This document shows positions 28,605 through 40,291 of a stretch of DNA of 64,000 nt, in pieces. The first letter of the stretch is position 1, and each line of letters starts with the position of its first letter. Both the position numbers and the translations under genes were made by a program. Below the pieces are notes generated by a model. The model was not told the origin of the DNA. It made no database searches and saw only the letters and a list, made by a program, of their open reading frames with translations. The stretch comes from Eledone cirrhosa (lineage: Eukaryota). The stretch covers positions 20,150,001 through 20,214,000 of the forward strand of contig OZ024752.1 of the NCBI GenBank assembly GCA_964016885.1, written 5' to 3'.

Positions 28605-31600
28605 ACACATGCAGGTGTGGCTGTATGTCTGTGTGTGTGTGTGTGTGTGTGTGTAGACATGCAGGTGTGGCTGTATGTCTGTGTGTGTGTAGACATGCAG
28701 GTGTGTGGCTGTATGTCTGTATGTGTGTAGACATGCAGGTGTGGCTGTATGTCTGTGTGTGCGTGTGTAGACATGCAGGTGTGGCTGTATGTCTGTGTGT
28801 GTGTGTGTGTAGACATGCAGGTGTGGCTGTATGTCTGTGTGTGTGTGTGTGTAGACATGCAGGTGTGGCTGTATGTCTGTGTGTGTGTGTAGACATGCAG
28901 GTGTGGCTGTATGTCTGTGTGTGTGTGTAGACATGCAGGTGTGGCTGTATGTCTGTGTGTGTGTGTAGACATGCAGGTGTGGCTGTATGTCTGTGTGTGT
29001 GTGTAGACATGCAGGTGGGGCTGTATGTCTGTGTGTGTGTGTGTGTGTGTGTGTACACATGCAGGTGTGGCTGTATGTCTGTGTGTGTGTGTGTGTGTGT
29101 GTGTAGACATGCAGGTGTGGCTGTATGTCTGTGTGTGTGTAGACATGCAGGTGTGTGGCTGTATGTCTGTATGTGTGTAGACATGCAGGTGTGGCTGTAT
29201 GTCTGTGTGTGCGTGTGTAGACATGCAGGTGTGGCTGTATGTCTGTGTGTGTGTGTGTGTAGACATGCAGGTGTGGCTGTATGTCTGTGTGTGTGTGTAG
29301 ACATGCAGGTGTGGCTGTATGTCTGTGTGTGTGTGTAGACATGCAGGTGTGGCTGTATGTCTGTGTGTGTGTGTAGACATGCAGGTGTGGCTGTATGTCT
29401 GTGTGTGTGTGTAGACATGCAGGTGTGGCTGTATGTCTGTGTGTGTGTAGACATGCAGGTGTGGCTGTATGTCTGTGTGTGTGTGTAGACATGCAGGTGT
29501 TGCTGTATGTCTGTGTGTGTGTGTGTGTGTAGACATACAGGTGTGGCTGTATGTCTGTGTGTGTGTAGACATGCAGGTGTGGCTGTATGTCTGTGTGTGT
29601 GTGTAGACATGCAGGTGTGGCTGTATGTGTGTGTGTGTGTAGACATGCAGGTGTGTGGCTGTATGTCTGTGTGTGTGTGTAGACATGCAGGTGTGGCTGT
29701 ATGTCTGTGTGTGCGTGTGTAGACATGCAGGTGTGGCTGTATGTCTGTGTGTGTGTGTAGACATGCAGGTGTGGCTGTATGTCTGTGTGTGTGTGTGTGT
29801 AGACATGCAGGTGTGGCTGTATGTCTGTGTGTGTGTGTGTAGACATGCAGTTGTGGCTGTATGTCTGTGTGTGTGTGTGTGTAGACATGCGTTGTGGCTG
29901 TATGTCTGTGTGTGTGTGTGTGTAGACATGCAGGTGTGGCTGTATGTCTGTGTGTGTGTGTACACATGCAGGTGTGGCTGTATGTCTGTGTGTGTGTGTG
30001 TGTAGACATGCAGGTGTGGCTGTATGTCTGTGTGTGTGTGTAGACATGCAGGTGTGGCTGTATGTCTGTGTGTGTGTGTGTGTAGACATGCAGGTGTGGC
30101 TGTATGTCTGTGTGTGTGTGTGTGTAGACATGCAGTTGTGGCTGTATGTCTGTGTGTGTGTGTGTGTAGACATGCAGTTGTGGCTGTATGTCTGTGTGTG
30201 TGTGTGTGTGTATGTGTAGACATGCAGCTGTGGCTGTATGTCTGTGTGTGTGTGTGTGTGTGTAGACATGCAGGTGTGGCTGTATGTCTGTGTGTGTGTG
30301 TAGACATGCAGGTGTGGCTGTATGTCTGTGTGTGTGTGTGTGTAGACATGCAGGTGTGGCTGTATGTCTGTGTGTGTGTGTAGACATGCAGGTGTGGATG
30401 TATGTCTGTGTGTGTGTGTGTGTAGACATGCAGGTGTGGCTGTATGTCTGTGTGTGTGTGTGTGTGTGTGTAGACATGCAGGTGTGGCTGTATGTCTGTG
30501 TGTGTGTGTAGACATGCAGTTGTGGCTGTATGTCTGTGTGTGTGTGTGTGTGTAGACATGCAGGTGTGGCTGTATGTCTGTGTGTGTGTGTGTGTAGACA
30601 TGCAGGTGTGGCTGTATGTCTGTGTGTGTGTGTGTGTAGACATGCAGGTGTGGCTGTATGTGTGTGTGTGTAGATATGCATTTGTGGCTGTATGTCTGTG
30701 TGTGTGTGTGTGTAGACATGCAGGTGTGGCTGTATGTCTGTGTGTGTGTGTGTGTAGACATGCAGGTGTGGCTGTATGTCTGTGTGTGTGTGTGTAGACA
30801 TGCAGGTGTGGCTGTATGTCTGTGTGTGTGTGTAGACATGCAGGTGTGGCTGTATTTGTGTGTGTGTGTAGACATGCAGGTGTGTGGCTGTATGTCTGTG
30901 TGTGTGTGTAGACATGCAGGTGTGGCTGTATGTCTGTGTGTGCGGGTGTAGACATGCAGGTGTGGCTGTATGTCTGTGTGTGTGTGTAGACATGCAGGTG
31001 TGGCTGTATGTCTGTGTGTGTGTGTGTGTAGACATACAGGTGTGGCTGTATGTCTGTGTGTGTGTGTGTAGACATGCAGGTGTGGCTGTATGTCTGTGTG
31101 TGTGTGTAGACATGCAGGTGTGGCTGTATGTGTGTGTGTGTGTAGACATGCAGGTGTGGCTGTATGTCTGTGTGTGTGTGTGTGTGTAGACATGCAGGTG
31201 TGGCTGTATGTCTGTGTGTGTGTAGACATGCAGGTGTGGCTGTATGTCTGTGTGTGCGTGTGTAGACATGCAGGTGTGGCTCTATGTCTGTGTGTGTGTG
31301 TAGACATGCAGTTGTGGCTGTATGTCTGTGTGTGTGTGTGTGTGTAGACATGCAGGTGTGGCTGTATGTCTGTGTGTGCGTGTGTGTGTGTGTAGACATG
31401 CAGGTGTGGCTGTATGTCTGTGTGTGTGTGTAGACATGCAGGTGTGGCTGTATGTCTGTGTGTGTGTGTAGACATGCAGGTGTGTCTGTATGTCTGTGTG
31501 TGTGTGTGTGTGTGTGTAGACATGCAGGTGTGGCTGTATGTCTGTGTGTGTGTGTGTGTAGACATGCAGGTGTGGCTGTATGTCTGTGTGTGTGTAGACA

Positions 31601-34600
31601 TGCAGGTGTGGCTGTATGTCTGTGTGTGTGTGTAGACATGCAGGTGTGGCTGTATGTCTGTGTGTGTGCGTAGACATGCAGTTGTGGCTGTATGTCTGTG
31701 TGTGTGTGTAGACATGCAGGTGTGGCTGTATGCCTGTGTGTGTGTGTAGACATGCAGGTGTGGCTGTATGTCTGTGTGTGTGTGTGTGTGTAGACATGCA
31801 GGTGTGGCTGTATGCCTGTGTGTGTGTGTAGACATGCAGGTGTGGCTGTATGTCTGTGTGTGTGTGTAGACATGCCGGTGTGGCTGTATGTCTGTTTGTG
31901 TGTGTGTGTGTAGACATGCAGGTGTGGCTGTATATCTGTGTGTGTGTGTAGACATGCAGTTGTGGCTGTATGTCTGTGTGTGTGTGTAGACATGCAGGTG
32001 TGGCTGTATGTCTGTGTGTGTGTGTAGACATGCAGGTGTGGCTGTATGTCTGTGTGTGTGTGTGTGTAGACATGCAGTTGTGGCTGTATGTCTGTGTGTG
32101 TGTAGACATGCAGGTGTGGCTGTATGTCTGTGTGTGTGTGTAGACATGCAGGTGTGGCTGTATGTCTGTGTGTGTGTAGACATGCAGGTGTGGCTGTATG
32201 TCTGTGTGTGTGTGTAGACATGCAGGTGTGGCTGTATGTCTGTGTGTGTGCGTAGACATGCAGTTGTGGCTGTATGTCTGTGTGTGTGTGTAGACATGCA
32301 GGTGTGGCTGTATGTCTGTGTGTGTGTGTGTGTGTAGACATGCAGGTGTGGCTGTATGTCTGTGTGTGTGTGTGTAGACATGCAGGTGTGGCTGTATGTC
32401 TGTGTGTGTGTGTAGACATGCAGTTGTGGCTGTATGTCTGTGTGTGTGTAGACATGCAGGTGTGGCTGTATGTCTGTGTGTGTGTGTGTGTGTAGACATG
32501 CAGGTGTGGCTGTATGCCTGTGTGTGTGTGTAGACATGCAGTTGTGGCTGTATGTCTGTGTGTGTGTGTAGACATGCAGGTGTGGCTGTATGTCTGTGTG
32601 TGTGTGTGTGTAGACATGCAGTTGTGGCTGTATGTCTGTGTGTGTGTGTAGACATGCAGGTGTGGCTGTATGTCTGTGTGTGTGTGTGTAGACATGCAGG
32701 TGTGGCTGTATGTCTGTGTGTGTGTGTAGACATGCAGTTGTGGCTGTATGTCTGTGTGTGTGTGTAGACATGCAGGTGTGGCTGTATGTCTGTGTGTGTG
32801 TGTAGACATGCAGGTGTGGCTGTATGTCTGTGTGTGTGTGTGTGTAGACATGCAGGTGTGGCTGTATGTCTGTGTGTGTGTATAGACATGCAGGTGTGAC
32901 TGTATGTCTGTGTGTGTGTAGACATGCAGGTGTGGCTGTATGTCTGTGTGTGTGTGTGTAGACATGCAGGTGTGGCTGTATGTCTGTGTGTGTGTGTGTG
33001 TAGACATGCAGTTGTGGCTGTATGTCTGTGTGTGTGTAGACATGCAGGTGTGGCTGTATGTCTGTGTGTGTGTGTGTGTGTAGACATGCAGGTGTGGCTG
33101 TATGTCTGTGTGTGTGTGTGTGTAGACATGCAGGTGTGGCTGTATGTCTGTTTGTGTGTGTGTGTAGACATGCATGTGTGGCTGTATGTCTGTATGTGTG
33201 TGTAGACATGCAGGTGTGGCTGTATGTCTGTGTGTGTAGACATGCAGGTGTGGCTCTATGTCTGTGTGTGTGTGTGTGTAGACATGCAGGTGTGGCTGTA
33301 TGTCTGTGTGTGTGTGTGTAGACATGCAGGTGTGGCTGTATGTCTGTGTGTGTGTAGACATGCAGGTGTGGCTATATGTCTGTGTGTGTGTGTGTGTAGA
33401 CATGCAGGTGTGGCTGTATGTGTGTGTGTGTGTAGACATGCAGGTGTGGCTGTATGTGTGTGTGTGTAGATATGCATTTGTGGCTGTATGTCTGTGTGTG
33501 TGTGTGTGTGTGTAGACATGCAGGTGTGGCTGTATGTGTGTGTGTGTAGATATGCATTTGTGGCTGTATGTCTGTGTGTGTGTGTAGACATGCAGGTGTG
33601 GCTGTATGTCTGTGTGTGTGTGTAGACATGCAGGTGTGGCTGTATGTCTGTGTGTGTGTGTGTGTGTGTAGACATGCAGGTGTGGCTGTATGTCTGTGTG
33701 TGTGTGTGTGTAGACATGCAGGTGTGGCTGTATGTGTGTGTGTGTAGATATGCATTTGTGGCTGTATGTCTGTGTGTGTGTGTGTGTAGACATGCAGGTG
33801 TGGCTGTATGTCTGTGTGTGTGTGTGTGTAGACATGCAGGTGTGGCTGTATGTCTGTGTGTGTGTGTGTGTAGACATGCAGGTGTGGCTGTATGTCTGTG
33901 TGTGTGTGTAGACATGCAGGTGTGGCTGTATGTGTGTGTGTGTGTGTGTAGACATGCAGGTGTGGCTGTATGTCTGTGTGTGTGTGTGTGTGTGTAGACA
34001 TGCAGGTGTGGCTGTATGTCTGTGTGTGTGTGTAGACATGCAGGTGTGGCTGTATGTCTGTGTGTTTGTGTGTGTGTGTAGACATGCAGGTGTGGCTGTA
34101 TTCTGTGTGTGTGTGTGTAGACATGCAGGTGTGGCTGTATGTCTGTGAGTGTGTGTGTGTGTAGACATGCAGTTGTGGCTGTATGTCTGTGTGTGTGTGT
34201 AGACATACAGGTGTGGCTGTATGTCTGTGTGTGTGTGTGTAGACATGCAGGTGTGGCTGTATGTCTGTGTGTGTGTGTAGACATGCAGTTGTGGCTGTAT
34301 GTCTGTGTGTGTGTAGACATGCAGGTGTGGCTGTACGTCTGTGTGTGTGTGTAGACATGCAGGTGTGGCTGTATGTCTGTGTGTGTGTGTGTAGACATGC
34401 AGGTGTGGCTGTATGTCTGTGTGTGTGTGTAGACATGCAGGTGTGGCTGTATGTCTGTGTGTGTGTGTGTAGACATGCAGGTGTGGCTGTATGTCTGTGT
34501 GTGTGTGTAGACATGCAGGTGTGGCTGTATGTCTGTGTGTGTGTGTAGACATGCAGTTGTGGCTGTATGTCTGTGTGTGTGTGTGTAGACATGCAGGTGT

Positions 34601-37600
34601 GGCTGTATGTCTGTGTGTGTGTGTGTAGACATGCAGTTGTGGCTGTATGTCTGTGTGTGTGTGTGTGTAGACATGCAGGTGTGGCTGTATGTCTGTGTGT
34701 GTGTGTGTAGACATGCAGGTGTGGCTGTATGTCTCTGTGTGTGTGTGTGTAGACATGCAGTTGTGGCTGTATATCTGTGTGTGTGTGTAGACATACAGGT
34801 GTGGCTGTATGTCTCTGTGTGTGTGTAGACATGCAGGTGTGGCTGTATGTCTGTGTGTGTGTAGACATGCAGGTGTGGCTGTATGTCTGTGTGTGTGTGT
34901 GTGTAGACATGCATGTGTGGCTGTATGTCTGTATGTGTGTGTAGACATGCATGTGTGGCTGTATGTCTGTGTGTGTAGACATGCAGGTGTGGCTGTATGT
35001 GTCTGTGTGTGTGTGTGTAGACATGCAGGTGTGGCTGTATGTCTGTGTGTGTGTGTGTGTAGACATGCAGGTGTGGCTGTATGTGTGTGTGTGTGTAGAC
35101 ATGCAGGTGTGGCTGTATGTCTGTGTGTGTGTGTGTGTAGACATGCAGGTGTGGCTGTATGTGTGTGTGTGTAGATATGCAGGTGTGGCTGTATGTGTGT
35201 GTGTGTGTAGACATGCAGGTGTGGCTGTATGTCTGTGTGTGTGTGTGTGTAGACATGCAGGTGTGGCTGTATGTCTGTGTGTGTGTGTGTGTGTGTGTAG
35301 ACATGCAGGTGTGGCTGTATGTGTGTGTGTGTGTAGACATGCAGGTGTGGCTGTATGTCTGTGTGTGTGTGTGTGTAGACATGCAGGTGTGGCTGTATGT
35401 CTGTGTGTGTGTGTGTGTGTGTGTAGACATGCAGGTGTGGCTGTATGTGTCTGTGTGTGTAGACATGCAGGTGTGGCTATATGTCTGTGTGTGTGTGTGT
35501 GTGTAGACATGCAGGTGTGGCTGTATGTCTGTGTGTGTGTGTAGACATGCAGATGTGGCTGTATGTCTGTGTGTGTGTAGACATGCAGGTGTGGCTGTAT
35601 GTCTGTGTGTGTGTGTGTGTAGACATGCAGGTGTGGCTGTATGTCTGTGTGTGTGTAGACATGCAGGTGTGGCTGTATGTCTGTGTGTGTGTGTGTGTAG
35701 ACATGCAGATGTGGCTGTATGTCTGTGTGTGTGTAGACATGCAGGTGTGGCTGTATGTCTGTGTGTGTGTGTGTGTAGACATGCAGATGTGGCTGTATGT
35801 CTGTGTGTGTGTAGACATGCGTTGTGGCTGTATGTCTGTGTGTGTGTGTGTGTAGACATGCAGGTGTGGCTGTATGTCTGTGTGTGTGTAGACATGCAGG
35901 TGTGGCTGTATGTCTGTGTGTGTGTGTGTGTAGACATGCAGGTGTGGCTGTATGTCTGTGTGTGTGTGTGTGTGTGTAGACATGCAGGTGTGGCTGTATG
36001 TCTGTGTGTGTGTGTGTGTAGACATGCAGGTGTGGCTGTATGTCTGTGTGTGTGTGTAGACATGCAGGTGTGGCTGTATGTGTGTGTGTGTGTAGACATG
36101 CAGGTGTGGCTGTATGTGTCTGTGTGTGTGTGTGTAAACATGCAGGTGTGGCTGTATTTCTGTGTGTGTGTGTGTGTGTAGACATGCAGGTGTGGCTGTA
36201 TGTCTGTGTGTGTGTGTAGACATGCAGATGTGGCTGTATGTCTGTGTGTGTGTGTGTGTAGACATGCAGGTGTAGCTGTATGTCTGTGTGTGTGTGTAGA
36301 CATGCAGGTGTGGCTGTATGTCTGTGTGTGTGTGTGTGTAGACATGCAGGTGTGGCTGTATGTCTGTGTGTGTGTAGACATGCAGGTGTGGCTGTATGTC
36401 TGTGTGTGTGTGTAGACATGCAGTTGTGGCTGTATGTCTGTGTGTGTGTGTAGACATGCAGGTGTGGCTGTATGTCTGTGTGTGTGTAGACATGCAGGTG
36501 TGGCTGTATGTCTGTGTGTGTGTAGACATGCAGGTGTGGCTGTATGTCTGTGTGTGTGTGTAGACATGCAGGTGTGGCTGTATGTCTGTGTGTGTGTGTG
36601 TGTGTAGACATGCAGGTGTGGCTGTATGTCTGTGTGTGTGTGTGTGTAGACATGCAGGTGTGGCTGTATGTCTGTGTGTGTGTGTGTAGACATACAGGTG
36701 TGGCTGTATGTCTGTGTGTGTGAGTGTGTGTGTAGACATGCAGGTGTGGCTGTATGTCTGTGTGTGTGTGTGTGTGTGTGTAGACATGCAGGTGTGGCTG
36801 TATGTCTGTGTGTGTGTAGACATGCAGGTGTGGCTGTATGTCTGTGTGTGTGTGTGTGTGTAGACATGCAGGTGTGGCTGTATGTTTGTGTGTGTGTGTG
36901 TGTAGACATGCAGGTGTGGCTGTATGTCTGTGTGTGTGTGTGTAGACATGCAGGTGTGGCTGTATGTCTGTGTGTGTGTGTGTAGACATACAGGTGTGGC
37001 TGTATGTCTGTGTGTGTGTGTGTAGACATGCAGGTGTGGCTGTATGTCTGTGTGTGTGTGTGTAGACATACAGGTGTGGCTGTATGTCTGTGTGTGTGTG
37101 TGTAGACATGCAGGTGTGGCTGTATGTCTGTGTGTGTGTGTGTAGACATGCAGTTGTGGCTGTATGTCTGTGTGTGTGTAGACATGCAGGTGTGACTGTA
37201 TGTCTGTGTGTGTGTGTAGACATGCAGGTGTGGCTGTATGTCTGTGTGTGTGTGTGTGTGTGTAGACATGCAGGTGTGGCTGTATGTCTGTGTGTGTGTG
37301 TGTGTAGACATGCAGGTGTGGCTGTATGTCTGTGTGTGTGTGTAGACATGCATGTGTGGCTGTATGTCTGTGTGTGTGTAGACATGCAGGTGTGACTGTA
37401 TGTCTGTGTGTGTGTGTAGACATGCAGGTGTGGCTGTATGTCTGTGTGTGTGTGTGTGTGTGTAGACATGCAGGTGTGGCTGTATGTCTGTGTGTGTGTG
37501 TGTGTAGACATGCAGGTGTGGCTGTATGTCTGTGTGTGTGTGTAGACATGCAGGTGTCGCTGTATGTCTGTGTGTGTGTGCGTGTAGACATGCAGGTGTG

Positions 37601-39575
37601 GCTGTATGTCTGTGTGTGTGTGTGTGTGTAGACATGCAGGTGTGGCTGTATGTCTGTGTGTGTGTAGACATGCAGGTGTGACTGTATGTCTGTGTGTGTG
37701 TGTAGACATGCAGGTGTGGCTGTATGTCTGTGTGTGTGTGTATGTGTGTAGACATGCAGGTGTGGCTGTATGTCTGTGTGTGTGTGTGTGTAGACATGCA
37801 GGTGTGGCTGTATGTCTGTGTGTGTGTGTAGACATGCAGGTGTCGCTGTATGTCTGTGTGTGTGTGTGTGTAGACATGCAGGTGTGGCTGTATGTCTGTG
37901 TGTGTGTGTGTGTAGACATGCAGGTGTGGCTGTATGTCTGTGTGTGTGTGTGTGTAGACATGCAGGTGTGGCTGTATGTCTGTGTGTGTGTGTGTGTGTG
38001 TAGACATGCAGGTGTGGCTGTATGTCTGTGTGTGTGTGTGTGTAGACATGCAGGTGTGGCTGTATGTCTGTGTGTGTGTGTGTGTAGACATGCAGGTGTG
38101 GCTGTATGTCTGTCTGTGTGTGTGTGTAGACATGCAGGTGTGGCTGTATGTCTGTGTGTGTGTGTGTAGACATGCAGGTGTGGCTGTATGTCTGTGTGTG
38201 TGTGTAGACATGCAGGTGTGGCTGTATGTCTGTGTGTGTGTGTGTGTAGACATGCAGGTGTGGCTCTATGTCTGTGTGTGTGTGTGTAGACACGCAGTTG
38301 TGGCTGTATGTCTGTGTGTGTGTGTAGACATACAGGTGTGGCTGTATGTCTGTGTGTGTGTGTAGACATGCAGGTGTGGCTGTATCTCTGTGTGTCTGTG
38401 TGTAGACATGCAGGTGTGGCTGTATGTCTGTGTGTGTGTGTAGACATGCAGTTGTGGCTGTATGTCTGTGTGTGTGTGTAGACATGCAGGTGTGGCTGTA
38501 TGTCTGTGTGTGTGTGTAGACATGCAGGTGTGGCTGTATGTCTGTGTGTGTGTGTGTGTGTGTAGACATGCAGGTGTTGCTGTATGTCTGTGTGTGTGTG
38601 TGTGTGTGTAGACATGCAGGTGTGGCTGTATGTCTGTGTGTGTGTGTAGACATGCAGGTGTGGCTGTATGTCTGTGTGTGTGTGTAGACATGCAGGTGTG
38701 GCTGTATGTCTGTGTGTGTGTGTGTGTAGACATGCAGGTGTGGCTGTATGTCTGTGTGTGTGTGTGTGTGTGTAGACATGCAGGTGTTGCTGTATGTCTG
38801 TGTGTGTGTGTAGACATGCATGTGTGGCTGTATGCCTGTATGTGTGTGTAGACATGCAGGTGTGGCTGTATGTCTGTGTGTGTGTAGACATGCATGTGTG
38901 ACTTATGTCTGTGTGTGTGTGTGTGTAGACATGCAGGTGGGGCTGTATGTCTGTGTGTGTGTGTAGACATGCAGGTGTTGCTGTATGTCTGTGTGTGTGT
39001 GTGTGTAGACATGCAGGTGTGGCTGTATGTCTGTGTGTGTGTGTGTGTGTGTAGACATGCAGGTGTTGCTGTATGTCTGTGTGTGTGTGTAGACATGCAT
39101 GTGTGGCTGTATGCCTGTATGTGTGTGTAGACATGCAGGTGTGGCTGTATGTCTGTGTGTGTGTAGACATGCATGTGTGACTTATGTCTGTGTGTGTGTG
39201 TGTGTAGACATGCAGGTGGGGCTGTATGTCTGTGTGCGTGTGTAGACATGCAGGTGGGGCTGTATGTCTGTGTGTGTGTGTAGACATGCATGTGTGACTT
39301 ATGTCTGTGTGTGTGTGTGTGTAGACATGCAGGTGGGGCTGTATGTCTGTGTGCGTGTGTAGACATGCAGGTGGGGCTGTATGTCTGTGTGTGTGTGTAG
39401 ACATGCAGGTGGGGCAGTATGTCTGTGTGTGTGTGTGTGTGTATGCAGGTGGGGCAGTATGTCTGTGTGTGTGTGTGTGTGTATGCAGGTGAGGCCGTAT
39501 GTATGTGTGTATGTGTCTGTATGCAGGTGGGGCTGTATGTCTGTGTGTATGTGTCTGTATGCAGGTGGGGCTGTA

Positions 39576-39608
<33 letters not shown>

Positions 39609-40258
39609 CTGTATGCAGGTGGGGCAGTATGTCTGTGTCTGTCTGTGTGTGTATGTGTGTCTGTATGCAGGTGGGGCTGTATGTATGTGTATGCCTGTGT
39701 GTGTGTGTAGACATGCAGGTGGGGCTGTATGTCTGTCTGTGTGTGTCTGTATGCAGGTGGGGCTGTATGTCTGTGTGTGTGCGTGTGTCTGTATGCAGGT
39801 GGGGCTGTATGTATGTGTGTGTGTGTGTGTGTATGTGTGTGTCTGTATGCAGGTGGGGCTGTATGTCTGTCTGTGTGTGTTTGTATGCAGGTGGGGCTGT
39901 ATGTCTGTGTGTGTGCGTGTGTCTGTATGCAGGTGGGGCTGTATGTATGTGTGTGTGTGTGTGTGTATGTGTGTGTGTTTGTATGCAGGTGGGGCTGTAT
40001 GGGTATTTTTGTTGAGCTTCTCTCTCTCTCCAAGAAATTCCAGTCAGCACAGATATTTACCACACACACACACACACACAAGCACACACAAACACACACA
40101 CTCACACAAACACATACACACACACAAACACAAACACACACACACACACAGAGAAACACAAACACACACACACACAGAAACACACAAACACACACACACA
40201 CACACACACACACAAATACACACACACACACACCAAACACAGAAACACACAAACACAA

Positions 40259-40291
<33 letters not shown>

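Noticed and set aside
25508-40001. CRISPR-like layout (palindromic repeat plus spacer)
   Set aside because: Spacers are only (GT)n with no unique sequence; no cas genes or leader; eukaryotic intron
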